Origin: Bilabrum cf. latius
Taxonomy: Eukaryota
Reading direction: 5' to 3'
Length of the DNA stretch: 64,000 nt
Assembly: GCA_965178125.1 (NCBI GenBank)
Contig: OZ237743.1
Coordinates: 1,240,001 to 1,304,000 of the forward strand
Shown: piece after piece, positions 1 to 11,977 of the stretch
How positions within the stretch are numbered: the first letter of the stretch is position 1
How the letters are laid out: each line of letters opens with the position of its first letter
Position numbers and translations under genes: made by a program
Notes under the pieces: model-generated
The model's database searches: none
What the model was told of the DNA's origin: nothing
What the model saw: only the letters and a program-made list of their open reading frames with translations

Positions 1-1309
1 GGCGGGAGAGGTGCCGGTGAGAGTGAAGGGCGAGCCGTACGCGATGGGCACTCCCGTCCCGAGCATGGCCAGCTCTGCGGCCACCTCGAAGATGTGGGCC
101 AGGGGCAGGTACCCGTGGTAGACGTCGCTCGAGTCCAGAGCCGGCAGCGCCTCTTTGAAGCCGTGCACGATCCCAGCGATGGTGCGGTGCAGCAGCTGCA
201 CGCCCTTGGGCTTGCCCGTGGTGCCCGAGGTGTACATGATCATAGCGGGCTGGGCGGGGGAGATGGCCGCCGGGGTGATGGGCTTGGGGTAGCCCGCGGG
301 GGAGTCGCCAGGGTCGTACCTGAGCGGCCCCACCTTGACGTCCTTGCCCGCCAGCTCGCCCTCGGCCTCCTTGGAGTCTACCTCCAGCTCCTCGCAGAGG
401 GAGGCGTGGTCGGGGATGGTGAACAGGTGGGTCACGGAGCGGAGGTGCTCCCTGCTGAGCTGGGACACGATGGGGAGGAGTGACCTGTCGCATACAATGG
501 CGGAGCACCGCGCCTCGTGCACCGTGTGAGCAAGGGCGTCTGGGCCCAACGAGGCGTACGAGGTCACCACGGTGAAGCCCGCGTTCCAGCAAGCCATGGC
601 GGTGAGCATCCACTGGTGCGAGGTGGATGCGAAGACGTTGACCCGGTCGCCCGTCTCTAGGCCCGCCTCCCTGAGCTGCTCCCCGATGACGTCGAGAGCG
701 GCGAGGACCTTGCTGCGGGGCCACGCGCTGGCCTCGTTCTCGAAGTGGGAGACCACCTTCTCGATCGAGAGTTTCTTGCCACTGCTGCTGCTAGCTGCAC
801 CGCCGGATCCGGAGGCTGGCTTCCGGGGCCTCGCGAGGCGGGAGGCAATCGGTTTCCGGAAGAGCATGCAGTCGGCGTCGGGGTTCGATTCCGAGGGTTT
901 CATGGCGCTGCGGAGGCGATGGGAGCAGAGGGGACAAACAAAGAGGGGAAAGACTAAGTAACATTACATGTACTATAATATATTCGTAGGGGGCTGCACT
1001 TTCACGGCACAGGTGGACAGCAAGCGGGTCTGTCCAGTTGCGATCCCAAACAGCGAAAAGGTGATCCTGGATCAAACTCACTTGATGACGTCTTTTGCGG
1101 TCTGGGCACCGTCGATTCCAGAAAGAGTATCTTGGAAGAAAACAGAGCGGCGCGGGCGCGCCTCGATCGGTAGATCGTCGTCTTCGGCGCTCCCGGACTT
1201 GCCGGCGCAATCCTCGGCTGGCACGGACAGCAGCGTGTCGGTCACCTGCGTGAACCCAATCCGGAAGGGCACTAACTAACAAAAGAAGCTCACCGTCGAC
1301 TGTGGGCAT
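1..1309 (-). CDS. Long-chain acyl-CoA synthetase (ACSL3/4-like), runs off the window start; spliced
   Basis: Minus-strand translation of 907..1 gives the AMP-binding motif MIMYTSGTTGKPKGV, plus YLPLAHIFE and AYGSPFTLT. GT-AG intron 1081-908 joins the 1271-1082 exon in frame. The 5' micro-exon 1309-1294 is tentative. Confidence 0.9.
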
Positions 1310-2112
1310 GGCTAGATGATGGGAGGCAGTTCCGGGTCCGCAACTCACGGCAGTTTGCGACGGGATCGTTGTGGACTGACCGCAGACAAGATTGTAAAGG
1401 CACAGGCTCCCGATTGAAGCGAGGGAAACTGCCAGTGCAGTCGACTGATGCGAAGGCGACACTACTGCGCAAGGGCATGGGCTTGTAGGTGGAATGAGTC
1501 CATGATCGCTGCAGGCAGTGGTCCAGCTCTGCAGACTTCTTAAATCTCGATCAAGCCGTGCACTTTAAACCATAGCAAATGATGATTTTCGGAGCAGACT
1601 TACATGCATCAATGGAGTAGTACGAAGCAGCGCTGAGGACGCCAAACATGGTCGCTGAAACCGCAAAGTCTCGTGCCAGCAGTCCAGTTGTCGATAGCTC
1701 AGCAAGGCGTGCGGCATCATCACCAAGCTTGCGGAGCTCAACAGATCTCGATAAGTTTAGCTTGTTGAAATAGCCATCTGACATGGCTGCCCTTCACCAC
1801 GTTGCGGAAGGATGAGATATCCGAAAAATCCGACTTTTTGGGAACTAATTGTAACGAGTGGATATAGGAAGGAGGCAAAATGCAACCATTTCAGAAGCAC
1901 AGAATGTGAGCGCTTGCGCAAACCGTGCGTGTTCCGGGATCTATTGATCTTTAACGATCGTTGGTGTGGTACACCTGCCGGGGCGAACTTGCACCCAGTT
2001 GTGGTCCACTTGGTGCGATGCAGAGCAAATCTCAGCGTCACCTTGTTGCGTTATACGTTGTGCGCTGCGTTTACCACGCTTTCTCCCGATTCTCAGGCAA
2101 CTCGCAACTTTT

Positions 2113-3153
2113 ATGGCTTCCGGACTGGTTATCATGCTGCCGTTCCTTGGAGGAGCTGCAGCATCTGCGTGCTACGATCCGGGGCAAGTATGTCCCCCAG
2201 GATACCCTTGCTGCGGCTCGGAAGATGGTATGTGCTATCCGTACACATGCAATGGCTACTGCTAGTCGACGCCTTGCTCCCCCGACGACGACCACCCAGC
2301 ACCTCCCTCGAACGACGACGGCGGGAGCGGGCCGGCACCGACCCCTGCCTGGTGCAACGAAGTAAAGGATTCGCTGCCGTCCTTTTGCAGCACCCAGGAC
2401 GACGACTGCCTCAGCATCAAGTGCTCTGGCCATATTCTCGGGGAGCAGCTGGATGCCACGGCGACGATCAACACGTGCCACAACCCCATCACCCTCGAAT
2501 TGTCCGGTGACCTCGGCAGCATGCACCTCGACCACACCTTTGATGTTGGGCACGCGAAGCTGCCTCTCGAGCTGGGTATATCAGTAGAGCTCGATCTCAC
2601 CGCATCGTCCGCGCAGGACTCGCAACTATCCATAGACCTGAAGCTGGACGCTCCTTTCGGGGTATCAAAGACTCTCTGGTCCGCGACTGGCACCAACCCA
2701 GTGTCCTGCCCAGGCGGCAACATCCCCATGTGGGCGTACTATGCCGGGGGTGGCGCTGCCCTCCTCCTGCTGCTATGCATGCTGTACTGCTGCTGCCGTT
2801 GCTGCTGCAGCTCGCCCGACAAGCCCCAGCAGCCAGCGACCGTCCAGTTTGTCCAGATGCCGGCCAACGGCAGCGTCCAGTATGGCGCACCCCTGATGGG
2901 ACCAGGGCAGCAAGGCGGACCCATGGTGCAGCAGGTGGTGCCCACTGGCACGCAACAGCAGTACATGCCGCCGCAGGCAAACCCCAGCGTGCCGTCCGGA
3001 CAGGTGCAGCAGATGAATCGATAGCAGCAGTGGCAGCAATTTCAGCAGTGGTAGTAGCAACAACAGTAGGCAGGTCGTGTGGCGAACGCCCCGCCTCCAC
3101 CTCCACTGCCAGCTGCCGCTGCTGGAGGCCCTCCATCGTCTTCCATCAACTGA
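2113..3153 (+). CDS. Single-pass membrane protein: signal peptide, Cys-rich ectodomain, TM followed by CCCRCCC, Gln/Pro-rich tail (TAG read as Gln)
   Basis: ATG 2113 MASGLVIMLPFLGGAAASA. One frame to TGA TGA at 3151 with TAG at 2263, 3022, 3052, 3055 and 3067; the last four lie in the tract R*QQWQQFQQW**QQQ*. Confidence 0.75.
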
Positions 3154-3429
3154 TGAATCCAGCAGACGCTATGCGATGCTACCTTAGTTAGCTCCTTGCA
3201 CGAGGGCAGGATGATGAAGGGCAGAAGATGCACCTCTGGCTCTGACTTGATTGAGAGCGCAGGATGACGAAGGGCAGAAGATGCCGCTCTGGCTCTGACT
3301 TGATTGAGAGCGCAGACTACTAAAGATCCCCAGCAAATGACCCTAGCAATCCATTGCCATGCCGGCACATGGCATCCCAAACCGGTGGGTAAGGCCGCCA
3401 CATGCAACGACCCCGAATCAAGTGCCGTG

Positions 3430-6400
3430 TCACGCTCCATGCCATGCATTCACCGCAAAGAGCCCTGCCTCTGCCTGCAGCCTCTCAGAGGCGCCCAGCC
3501 CCCACACCTTCGCCTCCTCCTGAGTGACCTCGTGCTTCGTGCTCGCATGCATCGTGATTTGTCCAAGCAGCTCCCGCAAGCGGTCCTTCGCATGCTCGCA
3601 CCCACCAGGCCCATCCACATCCATGGAACACGCGCCCACTGCAGCTGTGGCCCGATCCGCATTCATCCAGGGGTACTCTTCACACTGTCGTCCACGGCCC
3701 GTTTTCCTATCCCACGCATCTGTTGTCTCTTCCTTAACGCTCACCAACAACCTGCCCAGCAAACAATCAGACCTCGCCCGCACCGAACCCGACCTCGCCC
3801 CCGTCCCCGAGGCGGCTGCACCACGGCCCAGGGCGCGCAGGATCGTCGCCTCCCAGGCCAGCGGAACATCTGCGCGGCGCCACATTGCCCCGGCAGCCGC
3901 GGACAGCCGCGCACCGAGCTCTATTTTGGCGGCTGGTTGCTGCTTCAGCAGCGACACCGCCAGCCGGACCATGTGCGCGGGCGACCTAGCCGCTAGGGCG
4001 TCGGCTCCCACAGACAGGAGCAGCGACCGGGCCATGCGGCCACGGAGATGACGAGTGGGCAGCGTGACGAGCGGAACACCCGCCGCGATGGCGTCCGCGG
4101 CCGTCTTGGATCCCCCGAACGGGAAGGGGTGCACAAGCATGTCACAGGCCCGCAGGAGCTCGATGAACCTGTCCGAGTTGGGCTGCCGGGGCACCCAGAG
4201 GACACGACTGTCAGGCGGTGGCACACCCACCGTGGCATTGTTGTGTTCCATGGCCGTCTGCTGGTGCCGGTGCCGGTGCTGGTGCTGGTGCTGGTGCTGG
4301 TGCTGGTGATGGTGCTGTTGTTGTTCTCGAAGCACTCGCTGCAGCCGGCGGTGAGTTGCCCTGGTCCATGCCCTGTTGCGGCCGTGCACCAGCACCAGCC
4401 GAGCCTAGGGCACTGCTCCCAGTATGGCAGCCAGCACGTCGTCGAGCCAGGGGTTCAGCTTGAACAGGCTCTGCGGGCAGCCGACCAGCAGGCTATCTCG
4501 TGGCAAGCCCAGTCGGTCTCTTGCCTGGGCAGCTGTGGTTGGAGGCACATGGACGGGGTCGTACCATATGCCCTGGCCCTCCAGCCGCACCAGCTGCTCC
4601 GTGTACGCCTTCCAGCCGGCCTGCGGGGGCGAATTTCGTGCCGCGCTTGGAGGGCCTCTCCCATTGGTGGTGACAGCAACCGGGTCGACTTTAGCTGCTG
4701 ATCCATCGCGTGAATCCAGTCGCTAAAGCTGCTGACGGGCCGATAGACCAATCGATCCTACCCACTGCTTTATCTTGTCAAACAGGCTGCCTTCGATCCA
4801 AGGCGCAGCATCGCTGGCGTGTGATGCATAGGCTGCAGACGATTGCGCGACAGAGTCCGCGTGCTCCGCTGCACCCTTCCTATCGTCAACCATCGCCCCT
4901 GTGCTGTCGCTCTCCATGCGGTCCCTATCGTCAACCATTGCCCCTGTGCTGTCGCTCTCCATGCGGTCCCCCGACAGGAAGTAGTCGAGCGATCCGGCGT
5001 GTCCAGAAGTCGTGGGGTTGCCCCAGAACAGAGCCTGCGCGTATGCGAGGCGAAGAAACGACGTACAAAATGCCAGCGAGCCAGTCGTTGAGTCCGCGAA
5101 CACGAGAAAGTCCGGCCGCGCGTCCCGAATGGCCGCTGCGAGACCATGCACCCTGGTGCTAACCGGCGGGGTGGCGACATCGGCGGCAGCCGCAACCTCC
5201 GGGGAGAGCCTCCACTCGTCATCCTTCGCACCCGGCCGTACCACCGTCACGTGCATTGCACTGCGGTTCAGCCGTCGCATGATACCTTGCAGCAGCTGAC
5301 CATGGGCGTGGTTCCTCGTAAAATGCCTGGAGACGAAGGCAACCCGCGCTTTGCGCCAGCCCAGGGCAAGGGAAGCATCTGGTGCCCCTGCCAGTCGAGC
5401 CAGCAGGGCGGCTGCTCTGGTCAGCCTGCGCATGGGCGGCATGGTGTGATGATGTTGCTGGCATGCGGTGCCAGAATTTACGCACGCCACTGTGCTATTG
5501 CTAGTGGACCCTTCCTTGCCTTGATCCTGTATATACTGCTGTGGCAGCCACGGGGACAGCACCGAATGCAACCGGTCGAGCCGCAGCCGTGCGGCCAGCG
5601 GCACCTCGGACACGCCGTCTGAGGCATCCGCCTCGGCATCGCTACTTCCCGCCCCCCGTCCCCATAGACTGCCCGGCGCCATGCCCGCGCTCGCGGCCTG
5701 CATCAGCGACCGGTCCCCGAACCCGTGGTACGTCTGGTAGAAGGGAACAAACTCCAACCCGGAGCCGTAATCGGGCCCCAGTCGCGGCACGGGCAGCCGT
5801 CCGTCTGTCTGCATGTGCGCGAGGGCGGCAAATGCTCCGATCGATGCCTCACGTGCCCGCAGCAAGGACCGGCGGCTACTGGCCACCGGCGGCAGGGCGC
5901 GGGAGGCCGCTCGAGACAGGAGGGTCCAGCGGTCGGGTTCCGCTAGCGCCGCGGCGCCGCCGTGCACGGCCGCACGGGTCCTATCGCCAGGTGCCTGCCG
6001 CTGGGCCGCTCTGTCCCCAAGCACCGTATGCGCACTGGGGGACCTGCCCCCAGCAGATATCGCCACTTCATGCGCGACTGCTGCAGCCCTGGCACCGTGC
6101 CCACTTGCCTGCAGCAGGGCAGCATAGTTGGAGGCGCAACCCAGGCGCCCCGCAGGAGTCAACCCTCCATCCTCTGCTCCGACGGTTTGACCACCACCGG
6201 ATTGGCCACCACCGGATTGGCCACCACCGGATCCAGCGAGACCCAGGGCGTATTGCACGGCTGCCTCAGCTTTCCTGCCCTGCACGTGCAGCGCGGCTGC
6301 CGCCGTGCACGAGGCCCGCCGGCTGATAGCGGGGGACAAACAGCCTGCCATCAAAGCCTGGGCCGCGGCCGCCCGCAGGTCCAATCCACTGGTGGACTGG

Positions 6401-6485
6401 TCCGCCGCCAGCAGGAGCACCCTCGCGGCCCAGGCCCTGGCCCAATCGGGCACCAGCGGGAGCTACCCAGGGCCCGACCCATCGA

Positions 6486-6520
<35 letters not shown>

Positions 6521-8391
6521 ACTTGACCGGACCCAAAGCAACGGCACAGCCCGAACAGCGAGAGTGGGAGGTCCTGCTTCCCGCAGGTCCCCTTATTCCC
6601 TGCACCACCATGCATTGCACCCGTGCTATCGGCCTGCATCTCGATCACGCCGTCCTCGCCTAGCGCCCTGTCCCAAGCAGGTCCCTCCCCCGGGCATGCC
6701 CCTCTGGTCCTGAGGGACGCACCCACGGGGTCTTCTTCCTCTCGATCTTGCTCCTCCTCTTGTTCCCCGCCACTGTATGCCGCAGTGCCAGGCACCCAAG
6801 GAGGGAGGCCGAGGGGAACACCAGCGGCGGCGGATCGCAACGCCCCCGCAGCTGCCAGCACCGGCGACCACGCGTCCCCCGCAGCGTCCTTCCCCTCTTT
6901 GGCCATGCTGGCCCTCATCCTCGCGGCCATCTCGAGCTCCATCCCGCGCACGCACATCGAGGACCGCTCGATGGCTCTGTGGACATGCGGGCCCACCTCC
7001 TCCCCGTGGGACTCAAGGACGCCCAGCACGTCCAAAGCACCGCCGTGCGATGCACCCTGCCCGCCACTGCCCACTTCACCGGCAGCGGGCATCACGGTGT
7101 GCCCCATGGCCCCGTGCCTCGCCAGCAGCGCGGCCACGAGCACACGCCCGGGGCCCCTCGGCAGCAGCCTGTAGGCCGCGCTGAGCAGGCCAGAGGCAGA
7201 CCCGGCGGTGCTTCCTGGTGACAGCGATCCGGATAGAGATACATTGCCCTGGCCTCTGACATGATTTTCAACTTGTTCCCCGGTGGGTGGGTCGTGTGAT
7301 GAGTGCTCTAGGTTCCGCCTACGGATGGCGGCTGCTGTTTCCACGCTTCGACGCGCCTCTTTGGCCACCCTCTGGTGCCAACTCAGGGACCCATAGCCAC
7401 CCTCCTCCTCCTCCTCCTCCTCCTCCTCCGCCTCCTCTCCCACCCAGCTCTAGTCACCACCGTGAGCCGACCTGGATGGACCACCGCCACCCCTGGCACT
7501 ACGCCCGGCACCAGCACCTCCCACCGACGGCGACGGCCCATGCTCCCCGGCTCGCAGCAGCTCCAGCCGGCTTGAACCGAGGACGGCCCTGGCCATGCCC
7601 TGGCAGGCCCGGGTGGTTGCAACCGCGACCTCCAACCAGGCCTTCAGAGGCACTACCATCCTAGCCTAGGGGCGGCTGCCTGCATCCGTCTCCACGCCGA
7701 TGCCCGCATCACGGCTGGTACTACCGGCAGCGCGAACATCGATGTCGACAGCCCCGAGGGCGGCTGCCCCTCGCTGGCACGCCCACACGGGCATCGTCAC
7801 GGTGCGGCGGTGCCACCAGTGGCTTGGGCGCAGTTGGCGGTGCGCTTCGACAGATCGACGCAGCCATCCGTCCGCTGTGCCAAGCGTGCGAGCGTACTCG
7901 ACACCAGAGATACCAATGGATGCTAGTATTCTATCGGCCGCTTGCAGCCGCACCATTGCGGCGCCTGCAGCCATGGGAGCGCACAGCAGGCCGTCCAGCA
8001 CTCGGCCTTGCCGCTACTTCGTCTCGCACATCACGAGCTAGGTGCATGCACTGGCGCCTCCAAGAAGCAATCTTCGAACTTCATGAATCTTTGCCAATGT
8101 GTTTTGGTGGCTAGCGCCGTAAATTAGGGTCTCGACCGAGATCTGCGACGGACCAAGCCGCAAGGTAGCCGGAGGTGCTTGGCAGTGTGCAGCTCTTGTT
8201 GTTGCGATCTCCACGCAGTCTGCTGCATCAGACAGTCGGAGAAGATGCAGTGATGCATGTCCCACTGCGCGAACTGTGCTAAGTGCAGCTTCACTCATGG
8301 TGCCATCGGCCACCATTCTGGCGTTTACGACGAGGAGGACAAAGAGCGCAACGACAGACGCAGTCCGCAGACCAACGGTACACAAAGGCAT
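3430..8391 (-). CDS. GT41 family (OGT/SPINDLY/HMW1C-like) glycosyltransferase with N-terminal hydrophobic segment, about 1,650 aa (7 in-frame TAG)
   Basis: Seven same-frame ORF pieces joined only by TAG (8038, 8014, 7666, 7450, 6463, 4723, 4405). Motifs RVAFVSRHF..HAHG, FWGNPTTSG..LDYFLS, PQSLFKLNP, PFPFGGSKTAADAIAAGVPLVTL, GRMARSLL. Ends TGA. Confidence 0.8.
4880..4970. repeat. Coding tandem duplication, about 45 nt x2 (MESDSTGAMVDDR)
   Basis: cctatcgtcaaccat(c/t)gcccctgtgctgtcgctctccatgcggtc occurs twice. Confidence 0.85.
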
Positions 8392-8517
8392 GTTATGGCC
8401 CCATAAAATACAGAAGAAATGATGAGCTAAGCGGTTCCTGCCGCCCATAAATGCAGCATGCTTGTACTTCCGGTCTGAGCCAACATACCCACCGTGACGG
8501 TGATCCGATCCTGATCA

Positions 8518-9609
8518 TCACAGCTCGTCCCCGCCAGGTCCGGAGCCCTCGGAGAACTTGAAGCTGCCCGCCTGCCGACCCCGCGCGCTTGCGCTTGCCT
8601 TGCCCGCCCCCCCTTCGCCGCCGGCCGCCGCTGGCAGCCGCTTCCACTTGCACCTGTCCTTGTTCTTGCATCGCCCCATGGGCAGCGAAACCGAGTCCAG
8701 CTCCGCGCACGCGGTGCCGCAACCCGCCTGCGGAACCGATGGCACCACCGGGGTGCCCATCCACAGGCCCGCCATCCCGACCTGCCCCCTTCTCTTCCCC
8801 AGCTTTGGGTGCATGGGCGGGGCCCCCACCCTCTGCCCCGCATGCTGCCGGGCCTCGGCGCGGGCGGGCGCGTCGTACGCGTACGAATCGGCTCCGGATG
8901 CGGAGAAGACTCCCGAGGACCCGCCGCTCCACGCGCTTCCTAGCTTAAGCCCGCCGGCGATGGGCATCACGTCCCAGCGCAGCGACAGCGAGACGTTGGC
9001 GCCGCGGAGCTTGCTGCTGTCGGGGCCCAGCAGGAGCGGGTACTCGACCGGCTCCTCGTGCAGGCTCAGCACTGCGTCTTCCGGCTTGTCAATAATGCTA
9101 TCCCATACCGTGTGGCTTCCGTACGACTGCGATTTCACTGAAAAAGATGGAATAGAGCGCGGTGGGCAGTCGCGGGCGTCCAACGTGTCGAGAGCATCGA
9201 TCCAAGCATCGCACAGCTCACGCCGTCTTTGGTCTGGTAGTCGGCCACTACGAACAAAAATACTTGCTTAGTATTCCAATCAAATAGACCGCTCAGGTCT
9301 GCTTCCAAGTCAATGGAAAATTCAGCTCGCCGGACAGTCGTCCTAAAAAAGTAGTGCTACCAGTCATCTATGAGATCGACGCTGCTAACTTTGAGTGTGT
9401 CCACGGTCCACTTGTGCTATACAGTAAACGATCTGCGGACGCTGAAGATTGCGGGTGTGAGGGTAAGCAGTGGGCCCAGGTAGTACGCAGTGGCCCCCCA
9501 AGACTGTGTTGCGAGCTGCTCACGTTAGCCAAGATGCGACTGCAGCGCTGGTCAGCGCGCCCAACCCGTAGAAAAAAATGGCATTCAAGCGATTAAGCAG
9601 CGTGTGCAT
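8518..9609 (-). CDS. SPCS3: Signal peptidase complex subunit 3 (SPC22/23), 3 exons, with C-terminal extension ending GDEL
   Basis: Exons 9609-9524 (MHTLLNRLNAIFFYG), 9432-9222 (DLEADLSGLFDWNTKQVFLFVVADY; TAG at 9417 and 9357) and 9126-8518 (VWDSII, LRGANVSLSLRWDVMPIAG). Introns are GT-AG and in phase. Confidence 0.88.
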
Positions 9610-10325
9610 GTCAGACAATCTGCGCGGTCTTGTGATAGGGCGCAAACGTTAATTCGGATGGCGCCTGTATTTTTATCTTCTTCTTGAGTGTTCATGGTGG
9701 GACCGATAGAGCGGTGTATGGGCAGCGCAGAAGAGCATCGGGCAGGACGTACACTACGAGCGTAGTCTACGAGGGTATTGAGGGGGTCAAGTCCAGCGGG
9801 GACTGTATGGTCGGTTGGGGGACACTTGCAGTGAGCATAGTGGGGGGCGGGCCGGGGGAAGATCAGGTGGGGCGGATCAGGAGTGAGCGCTCTGGATGAT
9901 CGATGGGGTAATCTTGGCAGGTGAGGAGGCATCCCTGCACTGAGAAAAGTTAGCAGCGTTCGCACCGCTGCTGCCGCCGCCCTGCTGCTCGTTTTGGCCC
10001 AACCGTGCCTTCAAGTTGGCATTGGTAACAGGTGCGACTCGGACGCCGTTGATGTTGCCAGCTGCCTCTACGGCAAGGCTGGTCTACCCAAACCGCACTG
10101 GCCTGGCCTGGTGCCAGTGCCCCACAGTGCGGGCGCCGGCGCCTTGGGCGGTTACAACCGGTACATGCGAGCACTCATCATCAGCAGGCAGCCAGTGCCA
10201 CTGGCACTGGCAGTCGCGACCACCAACCCACCACATTGTGTCTATCAGGCGAGTAGCGAAATCGAGAAATTCGCGACAACTTGCAACAACCAGTATCTCT
10301 GCGAAGTATCTGATACGCGAGTAGG

Positions 10326-11609
10326 ATGCTGGGTCGGCTTGTGGTCGGTGCGGTTCTGTGTTTCGGTGTTGTGGTGCCAATTCTGGTCCATGCCCAGTCT
10401 GATGAATCATACGGCGATATTCACCGACAAGGGCATGCTGGCAACGGCATAGCTAGTTGTTGTGAATCATAGTGCGGCGACTCTGATCCATAGAGATAGT
10501 ACCCGATTAGTCGATCAAACAAGTGGGAGGAAATCTGCAAATCTGGCGAAAAACCCGACGACCTTGTAAAGCTTTGGGATACGCCGGGGCATCCATTCGT
10601 CTATGGTGACACGATGAACATAAAAGCGAAGCAATGGTACAGTCGAGACTGCTGCGTTTGTCCGCCGGGAAAAGAGGGACGTGTGATTATATTGATGGCG
10701 GACACCAGAGATCCTACCAAAGGATTCAAAGAGGGTGCGAAGCTAGGCCAAACACACTACCACACGAAAGCTGCGCTTGTCAACCAGATGTATGCCAAGC
10801 GGTACGGGTACGACTTCAGGTACGTGATCCCAGCAGTCTGGAGCTCGATGCGAGAGCACATCCGGAAGGCCGCCAACTTGACGGGCAGCTACATCGATTG
10901 CAAAAAGCACCCTGTGACTTACAAGTGGAAGCAGAACTCTGCAAGGGCCGGGGCATGGACGAAGCTCCCCGCGGTATGGCACTACACCTACAAGTACGAC
11001 TGGGTCGTCCACATCGATTCGGACAGTGTCTTCAGAAACCACAGCTGGTCGCTGCAGCGAAGCCTGTCTGCCATGCGAAATGAGCAGGACTTTTTGCTTA
11101 TTTCAGACATGGCATACGAGTTTCGTTTACCTTGTACGGGAATATTTGTCATGCGGGGAGGCGCCCGTGGGCGCGCAAGGTTGGAGACGTGGTGGAATGT
11201 TACAGACTATGCGCACATCAAGGGAATCTATGAGCAGCGGGGCATGCGCGTCCGCGGAATGGCGGACTTCGACTCGAAGGAGTACGATCCCGATTTCTCA
11301 AAGGCAGGTGTCAGGCTGGATGTCCCCCAATTCTACCAGTCTGGGCGCCGGTGGCCTGTGCCGGGGAATCACAGCTGGGTCACGCACATCGGTACAGGGG
11401 AGAGACACAATCGCGAGAAGGTTCTAAACCAGCTTCTGGGCGAGTTTGGGATCGACACGGACCAGAAGGCCGCTGAGGCAGTGAAGCCCCTCGCAGGCTC
11501 GGTGACCTGGCTCGACACGACAGAGGTCTCGATGCACATGGAGCACGTTCCCGGAGGAAAAGCCCATCATCAGAGCATGTTCGAGGGCAAGTTTGGGCCA
11601 GTATGCTGA
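10326..11609 (+). CDS. GT34-like (MNN10/GMA12-type) glycosyltransferase with N-terminal signal/anchor
   Basis: Motifs YAKRYGYDF, WTKLPAV, YDWVVHIDSD (DxD), CTGIFVMR, YEQ. Reading TAG at 10470, 10491 and 10497 as sense extends the ORF to ATG 10326 MLGRLVVGAVLCFGVVVPILVHA. Confidence 0.75.
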
Positions 11610-11977
11610 GGTTTCTTCCCCTGGAGAGGCTGGCTTGCAGCTGCCAGCTGCCAGGGCGCACGAGGCATGACTCAGACTCGGTGTGCCGCCGCCGCCGATC
11701 CGGATGGCATCGGATTAGATCTAGGCTATATGGGAAGCAAAGGAGGAACGAATCCTTCTCCTCCCCCCTTTTCTTTGTATGGCGGTTGGATTGCACGGGA
11801 GTGCAGTGCAGTGCAGATGCCAAATGCCAATTATCTCACACCACAGATTTAGCGCGATATCGGCACAGACAGCCAGCGAACGAGCCACGGAGGAGTACTC
11901 AGGCGTGATATCACCCTCTCTCTATAAAAATCAGACAGACAAAGAAACAGCTTGGGGCTGCAAGAAAGTGTCGCGAC

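Noticed and set aside
9620-10320. Small gene between SPCS3 and the GT34 gene
   Set aside because: A hydrophobic stretch (AAAAALLLVLAQ) exists on the plus strand, but there is no supported start, splice model or domain.
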